Origin: Acidimicrobiia bacterium
Lineage (GTDB): Bacteria > Actinomycetota > Acidimicrobiia > Spongiisociales > ZC4RG35
Reading direction: 5' to 3'
Length of the DNA: 64,000 nt
Assembly (NCBI GenBank): GCA_035281645.1
Contig: DATEDN010000172.1
Location: 4,137 to 68,136 of the forward strand
Shown here: in pieces, positions 19,505-33,410 of the stretch
Layout: every line of letters starts with the position of its first letter
How positions within the stretch are numbered: the first letter of the stretch is position 1
Made by a program: the position numbers and the translations under genes
Notes under the pieces: model-generated
Database searches by the model: none
Told to the model about the DNA's origin: nothing
The model's input: only the letters and a program-made list of their open reading frames with translations

Positions 19505-20922
19505 CAGAATTGGAAGTAGATGAAGGGCGCCACGCCTTCAGGGCCAAGAGCGTCGAGAACGAGGAGAAAAGCCCCCAGGGCAGCGGCCATCGGGACCGGC
19601 TGCAAGCTCACGAACGAACGCCGCAGGCGCACGCGGAGATCCGATGGCAGGTATTGGGCTCCCAACCCGCCAACGATCAGGATCGCTACCGCGGGAGTGA
19701 TGGCCGCCACTGTCCCGAAAGAGCCAAGGCGCTCGAGGACATCGACCGCGGCTGAAAGCGAGTCCGATCGAAACAAAACCCAGCCGAGACACACAACGTG
19801 GAAAATGATGACCCGCCGGAGGACCCGCCGTGCGAGGCTGTCGACCCGCTCTACACCACGCGCCGCCCGGCGAGAGGCGAGCCACCGCTCGAGGGCGAGG
19901 ACGGCGCCGTGGAGACCCCCCCACAGGACAAATGTCCAGGCGGCGCCGTGCCAGAGACCGCCCAGCAGCATGGTGATCATCAGGTTGCGATAGGTAGCGG
20001 CAGTCCCTTTGTGACTGCCTCCCAGTGGGATGTAGAGGTAGTCGCGGAGAAAGCGCGACAGCGTCATGTGCCAGCGCCGCCAAAAGTCCTGGAGACTGTC
20101 GGCGATATAGGGCCGGTTGAAGTTTTGGGGAAAGCGAAAGCCGAGCAGCAGCGCCAGGCCGATGGCGATATCCGTGTAGCCGGAGAAATCGGCGTAGATC
20201 TGGACCGCATAGCCGTAGATGCCCGCCAGCGTCTCGAGTGACGAGAAGCTCGCAGGCGAGGCAAACACCGGGTCGACCAGCGTGGTGGCAAGGGTGTTGG
20301 CTACCACCACTTTTTTGAACAAGCCACCGGCGATGAGGAGGAACCCAGCCCCGGCGGCGACCCGTCGGGGATCGTGTCGCTCCCGGAGTTGGGGCAAGAA
20401 CTCGGCGCTGCGGACGATGGGTCCGGCCACGAGATGAGGAAAGAACGAGACGAAGGCGGCGAAATCGAGGAGCGGAACCGGTTCCAGCTTTCCTCGGTAG
20501 ATGTCAATCGTGTAACTGAGCGATTGGAAGGTGAAAAAAGAAATCCCCACCGGAAGGATGATGTTGAGGATCGGTAGCGGGAGGTCGATTCCCAGAGGAG
20601 CGGTGAGATTGATCAGCGAACTAACGAAGAAGTCGTAGTACTTGAAGTACCCGAGCACTCCCAAGCTGACGATCAATCCAAGAATCAGGAGCCGCTTTCG
20701 AACCGCCGGGTCGGAGCGGCGATAGATCAGCCCGCCGATGGTGTGGTCTGCAACGGTTGTGAATGCCAAGAGGAAACAGAACCGCCAGTCCCAGGAGCCA
20801 TAGAAGAAGTAACTGGCGGTGAGAATGAAAACCTTCCACCGGCGCGGATGCGGTAAGAGCAACCAGCTCGCGGTCAAAACGACCGCGAAGAACAAGGCAA
20901 ATTCGATCGTGGGGAAAATCAC
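19504..20922 (-). CDS. MBOAT-family membrane-bound O-acyltransferase (AlgI/DltB/PatA-like)
   Basis: 472-aa polytopic membrane protein with MBOAT hallmarks (FWRRWHMTLSRFLRDYLYIPLGG...LWHG). The conserved His is present. Confidence 0.8.
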   Translation of the reverse strand: MIFPTIEFALFFAVVLTASWLLLPHPRRWKVFILTASYFFYGSWDWRFCFLLAFTTVADHTIGGLIYRRSDPAVRKRLLILGLIVSLGVLGYFKYYDFFVSSLINLTAPLGIDLPLPILNIILPVGISFFTFQSLSYTIDIYRGKLEPVPLLDFAAFVSFFPHLVAGPIVRSAEFLPQLRERHDPRRVAAGAGFLLIAGGLFKKVVVANTLATTLVDPVFASPASFSSLETLAGIYGYAVQIYADFSGYTDIAIGLALLLGFRFPQNFNRPYIADSLQDFWRRWHMTLSRFLRDYLYIPLGGSHKGTAATYRNLMITMLLGGLWHGAAWTFVLWGGLHGAVLALERWLASRRAARGVERVDSLARRVLRRVIIFHVVCLGWVLFRSDSLSAAVDVLERLGSFGTVAAITPAVAILIVGGLGAQYLPSDLRVRLRRSFVSLQPVPMAAALGAFLLVLDALGPEGVAPFIYFQF

Positions 20923-20933
20923 GGGATCGGACC

Positions 20934-22610
20934 ATGGTACGGCCGACTACTACCGTTGCCACAGTCGTCATGCCCTCCCCTACTCAGGTTTCCCGTGCGC
21001 GTCCTCAGCTTCGTTCTCGTCGCGCGCGCAAGCGTCGTGTGACTCGCCGCGGGTGGATCGTTTTCATATTGCTGGGCCTGGCGGCGGCCGCCGCCGTGAT
21101 CATCCCCCTGATGCAGCGTCCCGTGGTCGGCCTGACTGGGGTGGATAACGACCAGGTAATCACCGCGGCAGAGCTCCCGCTTTCGCTTTCTCTGACGGTT
21201 GATCGTGAAGTTGAGAGCATCGCCGCTTACCTCGACCACGAAGAGATACCGATCCAGCGATCTTCGGGTGGAGCCTCGATTGCCATCGACCGTCTCGAGG
21301 ATGGGCCGCATGTGATTTCGATCGTGGTTGATCGGGGCTCACTCGTACCACCTGTCTCAACCGAGAGACGATTCCGCGTCGATACCGAGGCCCCCGTAAT
21401 CACGGTTATGAGCCCATCGGCCCCGGTGGCCCCGCTCGGCCCAGTGGAGTTGAGGGTGACGACAGACGATCCAGGTTCGATGGTGACGATTGCCGGCAGT
21501 GAAGTCCTTGCTTCCACTGATGGCTCCTTCGCCATCGAGTTTCCCAATCCACCCGAGTCACCAATCGCGGTGCAGGCCCGAGACATGGTCGGAAACTCGG
21601 CCACCACCGAAGTCGCATTCCAGCTCGACCTCCCCGGCAACCCCGGCAGCGACCGCATTCGAGGGGTGCATGCTTCCGGATACACCTGGTCGAGTCCCGC
21701 CCTCAAAGATCCGATCATGGCAATGATCGCTTCCGGTCAGATCAACACCGTCGAGATCGATCTCAAAGACGAGGCCGGGAAGATCTGGTGGGCAACTTCG
21801 GTCCCTCTCGCCTCGGAAATCGGGGCGATCGAAGAACTGTGGAATCTGGGCGAGGTCGTGCGCGAGCTGCACGCGCTCGGGGTGCGGGTCATCGGACGCC
21901 TGGTGGTCTTCCGCGACCCCATCCTCGCTGGTTGGGCGGTGGCGCAGGGAAACACCGACTGGATTGTCCAAAACCCCGATGGCACTCCCTACGGTCAGTA
22001 CGGGGGTTACACAAATCCTTTCAGCCCCGAGGTGTGGGAATACAACATCGCCATCGGCGAAGAAGCAGCGCGGCTCGGGGTCGACGACATTCTCTATGAC
22101 TACGTGCGCCGCCCCGATGCCTTCATGGATCGGCTGCGTTTTCCTCTGCAAGGAGACAAAAGTCCCGAAGACGCCATCGTCGGATTTCTGGAAGCGAGTC
22201 AGCCCCGGATTCACAGCGCCGGCGCCCGGCTGGGAGCTTCGGTTTTCGGAATCGCCGCCACACATCCCGATCAGATCGCCCAGCCGATTCCCCGCATCGC
22301 CGAGACGGTCGACTATGTCGCTCCCATGGTGTACCCCTCGCACTGGGGTCCCAACGAATACGGCGTCGTCCACCCCAATGCCAGCCCTTATGACATCGTC
22401 TTCAGATCCCTCTCTGAGTTTCAGCGTCAGGTGGAGGGGACGGAGGCGACCGTCCTCGGCTGGTTACAGGACTTCTCCCTGGGAATCGAATACGGCCCCG
22501 CCGAGGTCAGGGCCCAGATCGAAGCCGCGGCCGATGCTGGGGTCCTCGACTTTCTCCTCTGGGACGCGGCGGCGACCTATACCTCCGATGCCCTCGATGT
22601 GATTCCCTGA
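20934..22610 (+). CDS. membrane-anchored putative glycoside hydrolase (DUF4015/YngK-like TIM barrel) with an Ig-like N-terminal region
   Basis: TM helix (WIVFILLGLAAAAAVIIPL), a beta-rich region, and a block matching the DUF4015 pattern (IRGVHASGYTW...VVFRDP...DDILYDYVRRP...PMVYPSHW...GWLQDF...LLWDAA). The true start may be the internal Met at about 20970. Confidence 0.65.
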   Translation: MVRPTTTVATVVMPSPTQVSRARPQLRSRRARKRRVTRRGWIVFILLGLAAAAAVIIPLMQRPVVGLTGVDNDQVITAAELPLSLSLTVDREVESIAAYLDHEEIPIQRSSGGASIAIDRLEDGPHVISIVVDRGSLVPPVSTERRFRVDTEAPVITVMSPSAPVAPLGPVELRVTTDDPGSMVTIAGSEVLASTDGSFAIEFPNPPESPIAVQARDMVGNSATTEVAFQLDLPGNPGSDRIRGVHASGYTWSSPALKDPIMAMIASGQINTVEIDLKDEAGKIWWATSVPLASEIGAIEELWNLGEVVRELHALGVRVIGRLVVFRDPILAGWAVAQGNTDWIVQNPDGTPYGQYGGYTNPFSPEVWEYNIAIGEEAARLGVDDILYDYVRRPDAFMDRLRFPLQGDKSPEDAIVGFLEASQPRIHSAGARLGASVFGIAATHPDQIAQPIPRIAETVDYVAPMVYPSHWGPNEYGVVHPNASPYDIVFRSLSEFQRQVEGTEATVLGWLQDFSLGIEYGPAEVRAQIEAAADAGVLDFLLWDAAATYTSDALDVIP

Positions 22611-22630
22611 CCTGGAATTCGTGCTGGGGG

Positions 22631-23326
22631 CTACGTCTTTGCGGCAAGAACCCGGGAGAACTCGGCTGCTGCTTCCTTCGGATCCGAGGCGCGGGTTATG
22701 GGTCGACCGACCACGATGATGTCGGCGCCTTTCGCCGCCGCCTCGTGGGCACTCCCGCTCTGGCGCTGATCGTCGGTACTTCCATTGTTGCGAATCCCAG
22801 GCGTGACCTTGGTTAGATGCGGTGCCACCTGAGCGACGACGCCCAGTTGCTTGACCCCGCAAACCACTCCTTCGCAACCTGCCTCTTGCCCCAGGCGAGT
22901 CATCCGAGCCACCTGCTCGCCCAATGAGCCTCGAAATCCGGTCTGAGCGAAAGTTGCATCGTCCATGCTCGTCAAGACCGTAATTGCCAGCACTCCCGCC
23001 AAATTGCCAGCTGCCCCATCCTCGAGGCCGGCGGCTGCCGCCTCCAGCATCGATCTACCACCGGCAGCGTGGGCGGTGATGTAGCGAGCACCGAGTCGGC
23101 CCAGCTGGCGAGCGGCGCCGCGGACCGTGTTGGGTATATCAAAGAGCTTGGCGTCGGCGAAGACGGGTCGGCCGACCTGGCGGATGGCAGCGATCGTCGC
23201 CGGGCCCGGGCCCAGCAGCAGCTCGAGGCCCACTTTGAAGCCGTCGACATGCGGTGCTAGGTCATTTGCCGACCGTACGGCCTTCTCAGCCGAATCGAAG
23301 TCAAGAGCAACAAAGAGCTGAGTCAT
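22631..23326 (-). CDS. pyrF: orotidine 5'-phosphate decarboxylase
   Basis: C-terminal 231 aa of the track ORF (MTQLFVALDFDSAEKA...) is OMP decarboxylase. The upstream 220 codons overlap pyrD out of frame and are rejected. Confidence 0.85.
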   Translation of the reverse strand: MTQLFVALDFDSAEKAVRSANDLAPHVDGFKVGLELLLGPGPATIAAIRQVGRPVFADAKLFDIPNTVRGAARQLGRLGARYITAHAAGGRSMLEAAAAGLEDGAAGNLAGVLAITVLTSMDDATFAQTGFRGSLGEQVARMTRLGQEAGCEGVVCGVKQLGVVAQVAPHLTKVTPGIRNNGSTDDQRQSGSAHEAAAKGADIIVVGRPITRASDPKEAAAEFSRVLAAKT

Positions 23327-24228
23327 CCCATCGTGTCGATCAACGAGGCCACTGAAGGAACTCGGTGCTTGGTCATCCAGGAGATCAATTCGTCGAGTAA
23401 GCGGCGTCCGGCTCGAGGCTCGGCCATATGGATTGTCCCCGCTGCCACCGCTTGCGCCCCGGCAATCAGGTATTCGGCGATGTCGGTGCCGGTGGTGACG
23501 CCGCCACAACCGACGATCGGTACTTGCGGCAGGGCCCTTCGCACCTCGATGACGAAGCGGAGAGCGATCGGCTTCAAGGGCGGCCCCGAGTAGCCACCCA
23601 CGACCCCGCTGAGCTTGGGCTTTCGGGAGTCGAGGTCGATTCCCGCCCCCCAGATGGTGTTGGTCAAGGTAAGGAATGTCGCGCCCGCCTCCGCGCACGT
23701 TGCTGCTACCGGAACCGGGTCGATCAAGTTCGGTGAGAGCTTCGCCCCCACCGGAAGCGACACCGCCCCGACGACCGCGGCGATTACGTTGGCCGATGCT
23801 TCGGGATCGAGGGAGAACATCTGCCCGTCGAGGTTGGGGCAAGAAAGGTTGACCTCGATCGCGGTCAACCCGCTGGCCTCGAGACCCTTGGCGACCAAGG
23901 CAAACTCCTCCGCTGTGTGCCCCACCGCCGAGCCCCAGACCGGGACATCCAGGTCCACCAGCCGGGACCCGATTTCGGTTCTCCACGCCTCGATCCCAGG
24001 GTTCTGAATCCCGATTCCATTGAGCATGCCGACCCCGGCCGGTGCCAGGCGGGGAGCAGGTCGGCCGCTCCAGGGTTCGCCGCTAACCGATTTCGCCACC
24101 GCCGCTCCGTAAGCCGTCAGGTCCGCCAAGCCCGAAAGCTCGATCACCGAGCCCACTGTCCCCGATGCCGCGATCAATGGCGAGCGCAGCCGAAGCGGCC
24201 CCAGCCTGGTGGTCAGATCAGGCGTCAC
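23323..24228 (-). CDS. pyrD: dihydroorotate dehydrogenase catalytic subunit (class 1-like)
   Basis: 301 aa with DHOD motifs (LSCPN, GGVTTGTD). Starts on GTG. A GGGAG sits 7 nt upstream. Confidence 0.88.
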   Translation of the reverse strand: MTPDLTTRLGPLRLRSPLIAASGTVGSVIELSGLADLTAYGAAVAKSVSGEPWSGRPAPRLAPAGVGMLNGIGIQNPGIEAWRTEIGSRLVDLDVPVWGSAVGHTAEEFALVAKGLEASGLTAIEVNLSCPNLDGQMFSLDPEASANVIAAVVGAVSLPVGAKLSPNLIDPVPVAATCAEAGATFLTLTNTIWGAGIDLDSRKPKLSGVVGGYSGPPLKPIALRFVIEVRRALPQVPIVGCGGVTTGTDIAEYLIAGAQAVAAGTIHMAEPRAGRRLLDELISWMTKHRVPSVASLIDTMG

Positions 24229-24240
24229 GCCTCACTCCCA

Positions 24241-24278
24241 ATCTGATGTCCGATATCTGATGTCTGAAATCTGATGTC
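24241..24278. repeat. three tandem copies of ATCTGATGTC with a 14-nt period; each contains the palindrome ATCtGAT
   Basis: Copies at 24241-24250, 24255-24264 and 24269-24278 with 4-nt spacers, flanked by CTCACTC on both sides. The array fills the 50-nt carB stop to pyrD start gap. Confidence 0.6.
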
Positions 24279-27501
<3,223 letters not shown>

Positions 27502-27509
<8 letters not shown>

Positions 27510-28638
27510 GATCCATCAACTCCACGAAGTCGTCGAAGAGCGCCACGGCATCCCGGGGGCCCGGGGCCGCCTCGGGGTGAAATTGCACCGAGAAGGCGGG
27601 CACGTCAAGGCTTCTCATGCCTTCGAGGGTGCCGTCGTTGAGGTTTTGATGGGTCGGGATGGCAGTTCCGAAGTCGGTTTCAACCCTCGCTGGAAGTTCG
27701 CCCGGAATGCCGGACACCTTGGCAACGCTGTGAAGGTCGACCGCGAAGCCGTGGTTCTGACTGGTGATGACCACGCGGCCGTCCACCAGTCGCCGCACCG
27801 GGTGATTGCCGCCGTGATGGCCGAACGGCAACTTGAACGTTCGCGCTCCCAGCGCCAGACCGAAAACCTGATGACCGAGGCATATTCCGAAGATCGGGAC
27901 CTTCCCAATCAGAGCCCGCAGAGTCGCCACCGTCTCGGTGAGCGGCTCGGGATCACCTGGGCCGTTGGAGAGAAAGACTCCATCCGGCCGTCGGTCAATG
28001 ATCTCGCCAGCCGTGGCCGTCGCGGGGACCACTTCAACGTCGAATCCCCGTCCCGCAAGCTGCCGGAGTATGTCGCGCTTGATTCCCAGATCGATCGCCA
28101 CCACCTTCCCCCGGCGATCGCCCATCGCCGGTATCTGGTAGGGGTGGCGGGTCGAAACCGAGACGGCCAGCGCCTGTCCCTCCATTTTCGGAGCGGATGC
28201 GGCGCGCGCCACCAAGTCAGATTCGGTGGTTCCGCTGCCTAAGGCCACCGGCATCGCCCCCCGTTGCCGGATGTGCCTGGTCAACCGGCGGGTGTCGACC
28301 TCCGAGAGCGCCACCAGTCCCCGTTCGGCGAAAGTTTCGCCTAGTGAGCCTTCTGCCCTCCAGCTCGAGGGTCGGGCGGCCAGGCTTCGCATCACCATGC
28401 CGGCTGCCGCTGGCACCGATGCCTGGTCATCAGTGGCGGCGACCCCGTAGTTGCCGATATGGACCGAGGTCATCACCACCACCTGACCCGCATACGACGG
28501 ATCGGTGAGAACCTCTTGGTAGCCGGTCATGGCCGTGTTGAACACGACCTCACCGGTGCTCACCCCCTCGGCTCCGACGCTTACGCCACGAAACACGGCG
28601 CCATCGGCTGTGGCCAGCAAGCCGGGCGGGGACGGCAT
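27502..28638 (-). CDS. carA: carbamoyl-phosphate synthase small subunit (glutamine amidotransferase)
   Basis: 378 aa, class I GATase with Cys-His-Glu (GICLGHQ). Overlaps carB by 8 nt. Confidence 0.93.
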
Positions 28639-29896
28639 CAGGACACCAGGGCGTGAACGAGACGCCCCTCAAAAACCGTGGCCCGCACCCGTCCGGTCAG
28701 GGTGAGCGAACGAAACGGAGAGTTCTCTGCCTTGGAGCGAAAGCTATCGACGGTCCACTCCTCGGTGGGCGCGATCACCGCCAGGTTGGCGGGTTCGCCC
28801 GGGGCCAGCAGCCGTCCCTGGCGGGAGATTTGGCCGATCCGCGCCGGAGCAATCGACAGGCGGTCAAAAAAGGCCGCCTGATCGAGGTGGCAGTAAGTCA
28901 GCACGGCACCCGCGGAGGTCTCGAGGCCAATTACTCCCCGGGGAGCCTCCTCAAAAGGGACTTCGGTTTCGAAAGCGGAATGGGGTGCGTGGTCGGTGGC
29001 CACGGCATCGATCAATCCTGAGCTCAAAGCCGCTCGCAACTCGTCTCGGTCTGTGTTGCCGCGCAGTGGTGGATACATCTTGAACGCCGGATCGAGGGAG
29101 CCAACTGCGGTGTCGTCGAACGCGAGATGGTGCGGGGTGACTTCGGCGGTCACGGGCAGGCCAGCCTCTTTCGCCTTGCCCACCAATTGGATGGTGCGGG
29201 TACTCGACACATGCTGTACGTGATAACGGCAGCCGGTCAGCCTGGTCAGCGCCAGGTCCCGCGCCACTACCACCTCTTCCGCTTCCGCCGGGATGCCTTT
29301 CATCCCCAGTCGCGACGAGAGTGAACCCTCGTGCATGTGGCCTCCGTCGGCAAGAGTCCGATCTTCGGCGTGCTGAGCCACCACTGCCCCACGATCAGCC
29401 AGGTATTCCATCGCCACCCGTAAGAGGCCGGAATCGTTCACGGAGTCACCGTCATCGGTGAACACGCGCACCCCGGCCTCCCACAGCTCGTCGAGATGAG
29501 AGAGCAGCGCACCCTCCCGAGCCATGGTGATGGATCCGGCTGGGAGGACCTCGCACAACCCCACCTGATGAGATCGATCACGGATCAAACGTGCGATGTG
29601 GCCCGAATCGACAGCCGGCTGGGTGTTGGGCATTGCCACGAGGGCGGTGTATCCCCCTGCCACTGCGGCTTCCGATCCGCTCCTGATGTCTTCTTTCCAT
29701 TCCTGGCCCGGTTCCCGAAGATGGGCATGGAGGTCAACCAGGCCCGGTCCCACCCAGGCGCCTTCAGCGTCAACTTCCTCGCCGCCGTCGAAGGAGCCAC
29801 CAATCGCCACGATCGCACCCCCGTCGATCGCCAAGTCGGCTGCCTGCCCTCCGTCGGGGGTAAGCACCATTCCGTTGCGGATGACGAGCTGGTACT

Positions 29897-29900
<4 letters not shown>
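28638..29900 (-). CDS. pyrC: dihydroorotase
   Basis: 420-aa amidohydrolase (DLHAHLREPG...; metal-binding His/Asp). Its position in the pyr operon fits. Confidence 0.9.
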
Positions 29901-31434
<1,534 letters not shown>

Positions 31435-31481
31435 CTAGCCGGAGAGCTCGGGAAAGGCGGGGTCACCCTCTCCTCCGGGAC

Positions 31482-31616
31482 CGTTTCTCCCCCCAGCGAG
31501 CAGAGCGAGCATTGGGGGGGAGTGGCCCGCAGGGCCGAGGGGGGTGGGGAATCCGTGGTGATGCCATTTGTTTCCCCCTCCCCGCCTTCGGTGGGTCTCC
31601 CCCTGCGGGGGAGAAA
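31482..31616. repeat. G/C-tract-rich structured element bounded by a 13-bp long-range inverted repeat in the nusB-pyrR intergenic
   Basis: ccgtttctcccccc at 31482-31495 pairs with gggggagaaacgg at 31604-31616. Inside are a local palindrome ccccctgcggggg and several G4-G7 and C4-C7 runs. No convincing ORF. Confidence 0.35.
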
Positions 31617-31650
31617 CGGCTCGATCGAGTGTTGTCGTTCGAGTTACCGC

Positions 31651-32016
31651 TTACTGCCTCAGCCGTTCGGCAAGCTTGGCCAGCACGCCGTTGACAAACG
31701 AACCACTCCGCTCGCTCCCGTAGAGCTTGGCGAGACGAACCGCCTCGGACACCACCACCGCTTTGGGAGTACCCGGCTCGAATCGAAGCTCGTAGAGGCC
31801 GAGGCGCAGTATCGCCCGATCCACCACTGGCATTCGGTGCACCTGCCAGTGCTCAGCGACTGCTTCGATCTCGGCGTCGAGGAGGGGGAGGTTGTCGAGC
31901 ACGCCTTCGACTAATCGGGCAGCCCGGCTGGGAAGTTCGAGCGGATAATCGTCGAGGTCGCGCTGGTCGGCTTCGTAAAGCGCTTCGAGGGCGAGCTGAC
32001 GGGCTTCGATGCTCAC
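31651..32016 (-). CDS. nusB: transcription antitermination factor NusB
   Basis: 121 aa, ARxLALQALYQ-like N-terminus and an FVNGVLAK motif. Sits in an efp-nusB pair. Confidence 0.88.
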   Translation of the reverse strand: MSIEARQLALEALYEADQRDLDDYPLELPSRAARLVEGVLDNLPLLDAEIEAVAEHWQVHRMPVVDRAILRLGLYELRFEPGTPKAVVVSEAVRLAKLYGSERSGSFVNGVLAKLAERLRQ

Positions 32017-32570
32017 ACCCGCGTGAGATAGGTTCCGCTGCGGGTATCGACTCGAATCTTGTCTCCGATGTTGACGAAGAGGGGAACCGACACGACCAAC
32101 CCGGTCTGGGTCGTTGCTGGTTTGGTCGCAGCCGAGACCCTGTCACCACGAACCCCGGGCTCCGTGTAGGTGACTTCCATCTCCACCGCGGCCGGTAGGT
32201 CGACAGAGATGGGATTGCCCTTGTAGAGGGCAAGCGTGACGTTCATTCCGTCGATCAAGAAATCGGCCGCCTCTCCCACCTCCTCCGGCGCCATGGCGAA
32301 CTGTCCGTAGTCCTCCAGGTTCATGAAATGAAATCCCATGTCATCGCGATACAGGAACGTGTGCTCCCGGCGGTCGATGATGGCCTGAGCGACGTCCTCT
32401 CCGGCGCGGAAGGTCCGGTCGAGAACCTGGCCGGTTTCGAGGTTGCGCAGACGCATCCGAACGAACGCCCTCCCCTTGCCCGGCTTCACGTGTTGGTATT
32501 CGATGATGGTGAAGATCCCGTCATCGAGATCGAGAGCCTGACCGGGGCGGACGTCGTTGGTTGATGCCAT
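32013..32570 (-). CDS. efp: elongation factor P
   Basis: 185 aa with the KPGKG loop (HVKPGKGRAFVRMRLRNL). Confidence 0.93.
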   Translation of the reverse strand: MASTNDVRPGQALDLDDGIFTIIEYQHVKPGKGRAFVRMRLRNLETGQVLDRTFRAGEDVAQAIIDRREHTFLYRDDMGFHFMNLEDYGQFAMAPEEVGEAADFLIDGMNVTLALYKGNPISVDLPAAVEMEVTYTEPGVRGDRVSAATKPATTQTGLVVSVPLFVNIGDKIRVDTRSGTYLTRV

Positions 32571-32604
32571 GTCAATGAACCTACCGGTCGCGAGCCTAGA
32601 AGAA

Positions 32605-33369
32605 TCAGATCGCGTTGATCCAAGCAGCCAACGGTCCGAAGCCGGATTGGATCAGGAACTGATGGCCACCGGTGGGGATGGAAACACGTTCGGCGTTTGG
32701 AAGTAGCTCTTGCCAGCGAACGGTGTCGGCGGGGATGACGTAACGGTCGTCAACCGCGTCAAGGATCAGGTTGGGCCACCTGACTGACAGAGAACCCAGG
32801 GGTGTCAAGTCGGCAACCACGCTCAGATCCTCCAACGTGGTCCACATCGTGTCGGCTCTCGCCGCGATCGATTGCCGGCCGTAGTCGGTGATAAGCCCGG
32901 CCGGAAACCGCCTGCTGGCCCGGGCGGCCACGCTCATCGCCGGCCAAACCGTTCGGAAGAGGCCGCTGGCCACTCGGCCCCGGCCACCGGGCGCCGCCTG
33001 GGCGATTCGGAGGGCGACACCCGGCATCAGACCGGGGCGAGGAAAGAGCGCTGAGATCAACGCCAGGCCAGCTATGTCCCCCGGCCGCCTGGCCGCCCAC
33101 AGCGCAGCCAAGACCGCTCCCACCGAATGACCTGCCAGCACCGGCTTTCCCCCCGCCCATCTCGCCACTTCATCGATGGTTTCGAGGTGGAAAGCGCGGT
33201 CGTAGCGGAGGGCTGGCTTATCCGAGGAGCCGAAGCCGGCTAGGTCCGGCGCCACCAGAGTCCACCGGTGGTCGAGAAACTCAGAAAGGCCGTGCCAGTA
33301 GCGCCCCGATCCTCCGAGGCCGTGCAAGACGATCAGTGCCGGTCCCGATCCGGTCGTCCACACGTTCAT
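32605..33369 (-). CDS. alpha/beta-fold hydrolase
   Basis: HGLGGSG oxyanion region and a GHSVG nucleophile elbow. Start taken at the internal Met (MNVWTTGSGPALIVLHG). Lies immediately downstream of, and co-oriented with, the giant glucan synthase gene. Confidence 0.7.
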   Translation of the reverse strand: MNVWTTGSGPALIVLHGLGGSGRYWHGLSEFLDHRWTLVAPDLAGFGSSDKPALRYDRAFHLETIDEVARWAGGKPVLAGHSVGAVLAALWAARRPGDIAGLALISALFPRPGLMPGVALRIAQAAPGGRGRVASGLFRTVWPAMSVAARASRRFPAGLITDYGRQSIAARADTMWTTLEDLSVVADLTPLGSLSVRWPNLILDAVDDRYVIPADTVRWQELLPNAERVSIPTGGHQFLIQSGFGPLAAWINAI

Positions 33370-33410
33370 CTTGCCCCAGGCGAAGGGGAGCTCGGTTCTG
33401 GTCCAGCCCT

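Noticed and set aside
23327-23986. 220-codon N-terminal extension of the pyrF track ORF
   Set aside because: It overlaps pyrD out of frame and is a Gly/Arg-rich low-complexity translation. OMP decarboxylase homology starts at the internal Met (MTQLFVALDF). That internal start gives the usual ATGA coupling with pyrD.
31482-31616. Interpretation of the GC-tract element as a G-quadruplex or as a transcription terminator for nusB
   Set aside because: The G-tract spacing is irregular (loops of 1, 15 and about 95 nt), and no U-tract follows any hairpin. Kept only as an unexplained structured element.
31512-31914. Plus-strand ORFs of 60 and 130 aa inside the nusB-pyrR structured region
   Set aside because: They are antisense to nusB and run through G/C tracts. 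There is no SD and no homology. The region behaves like structured non-coding sequence.
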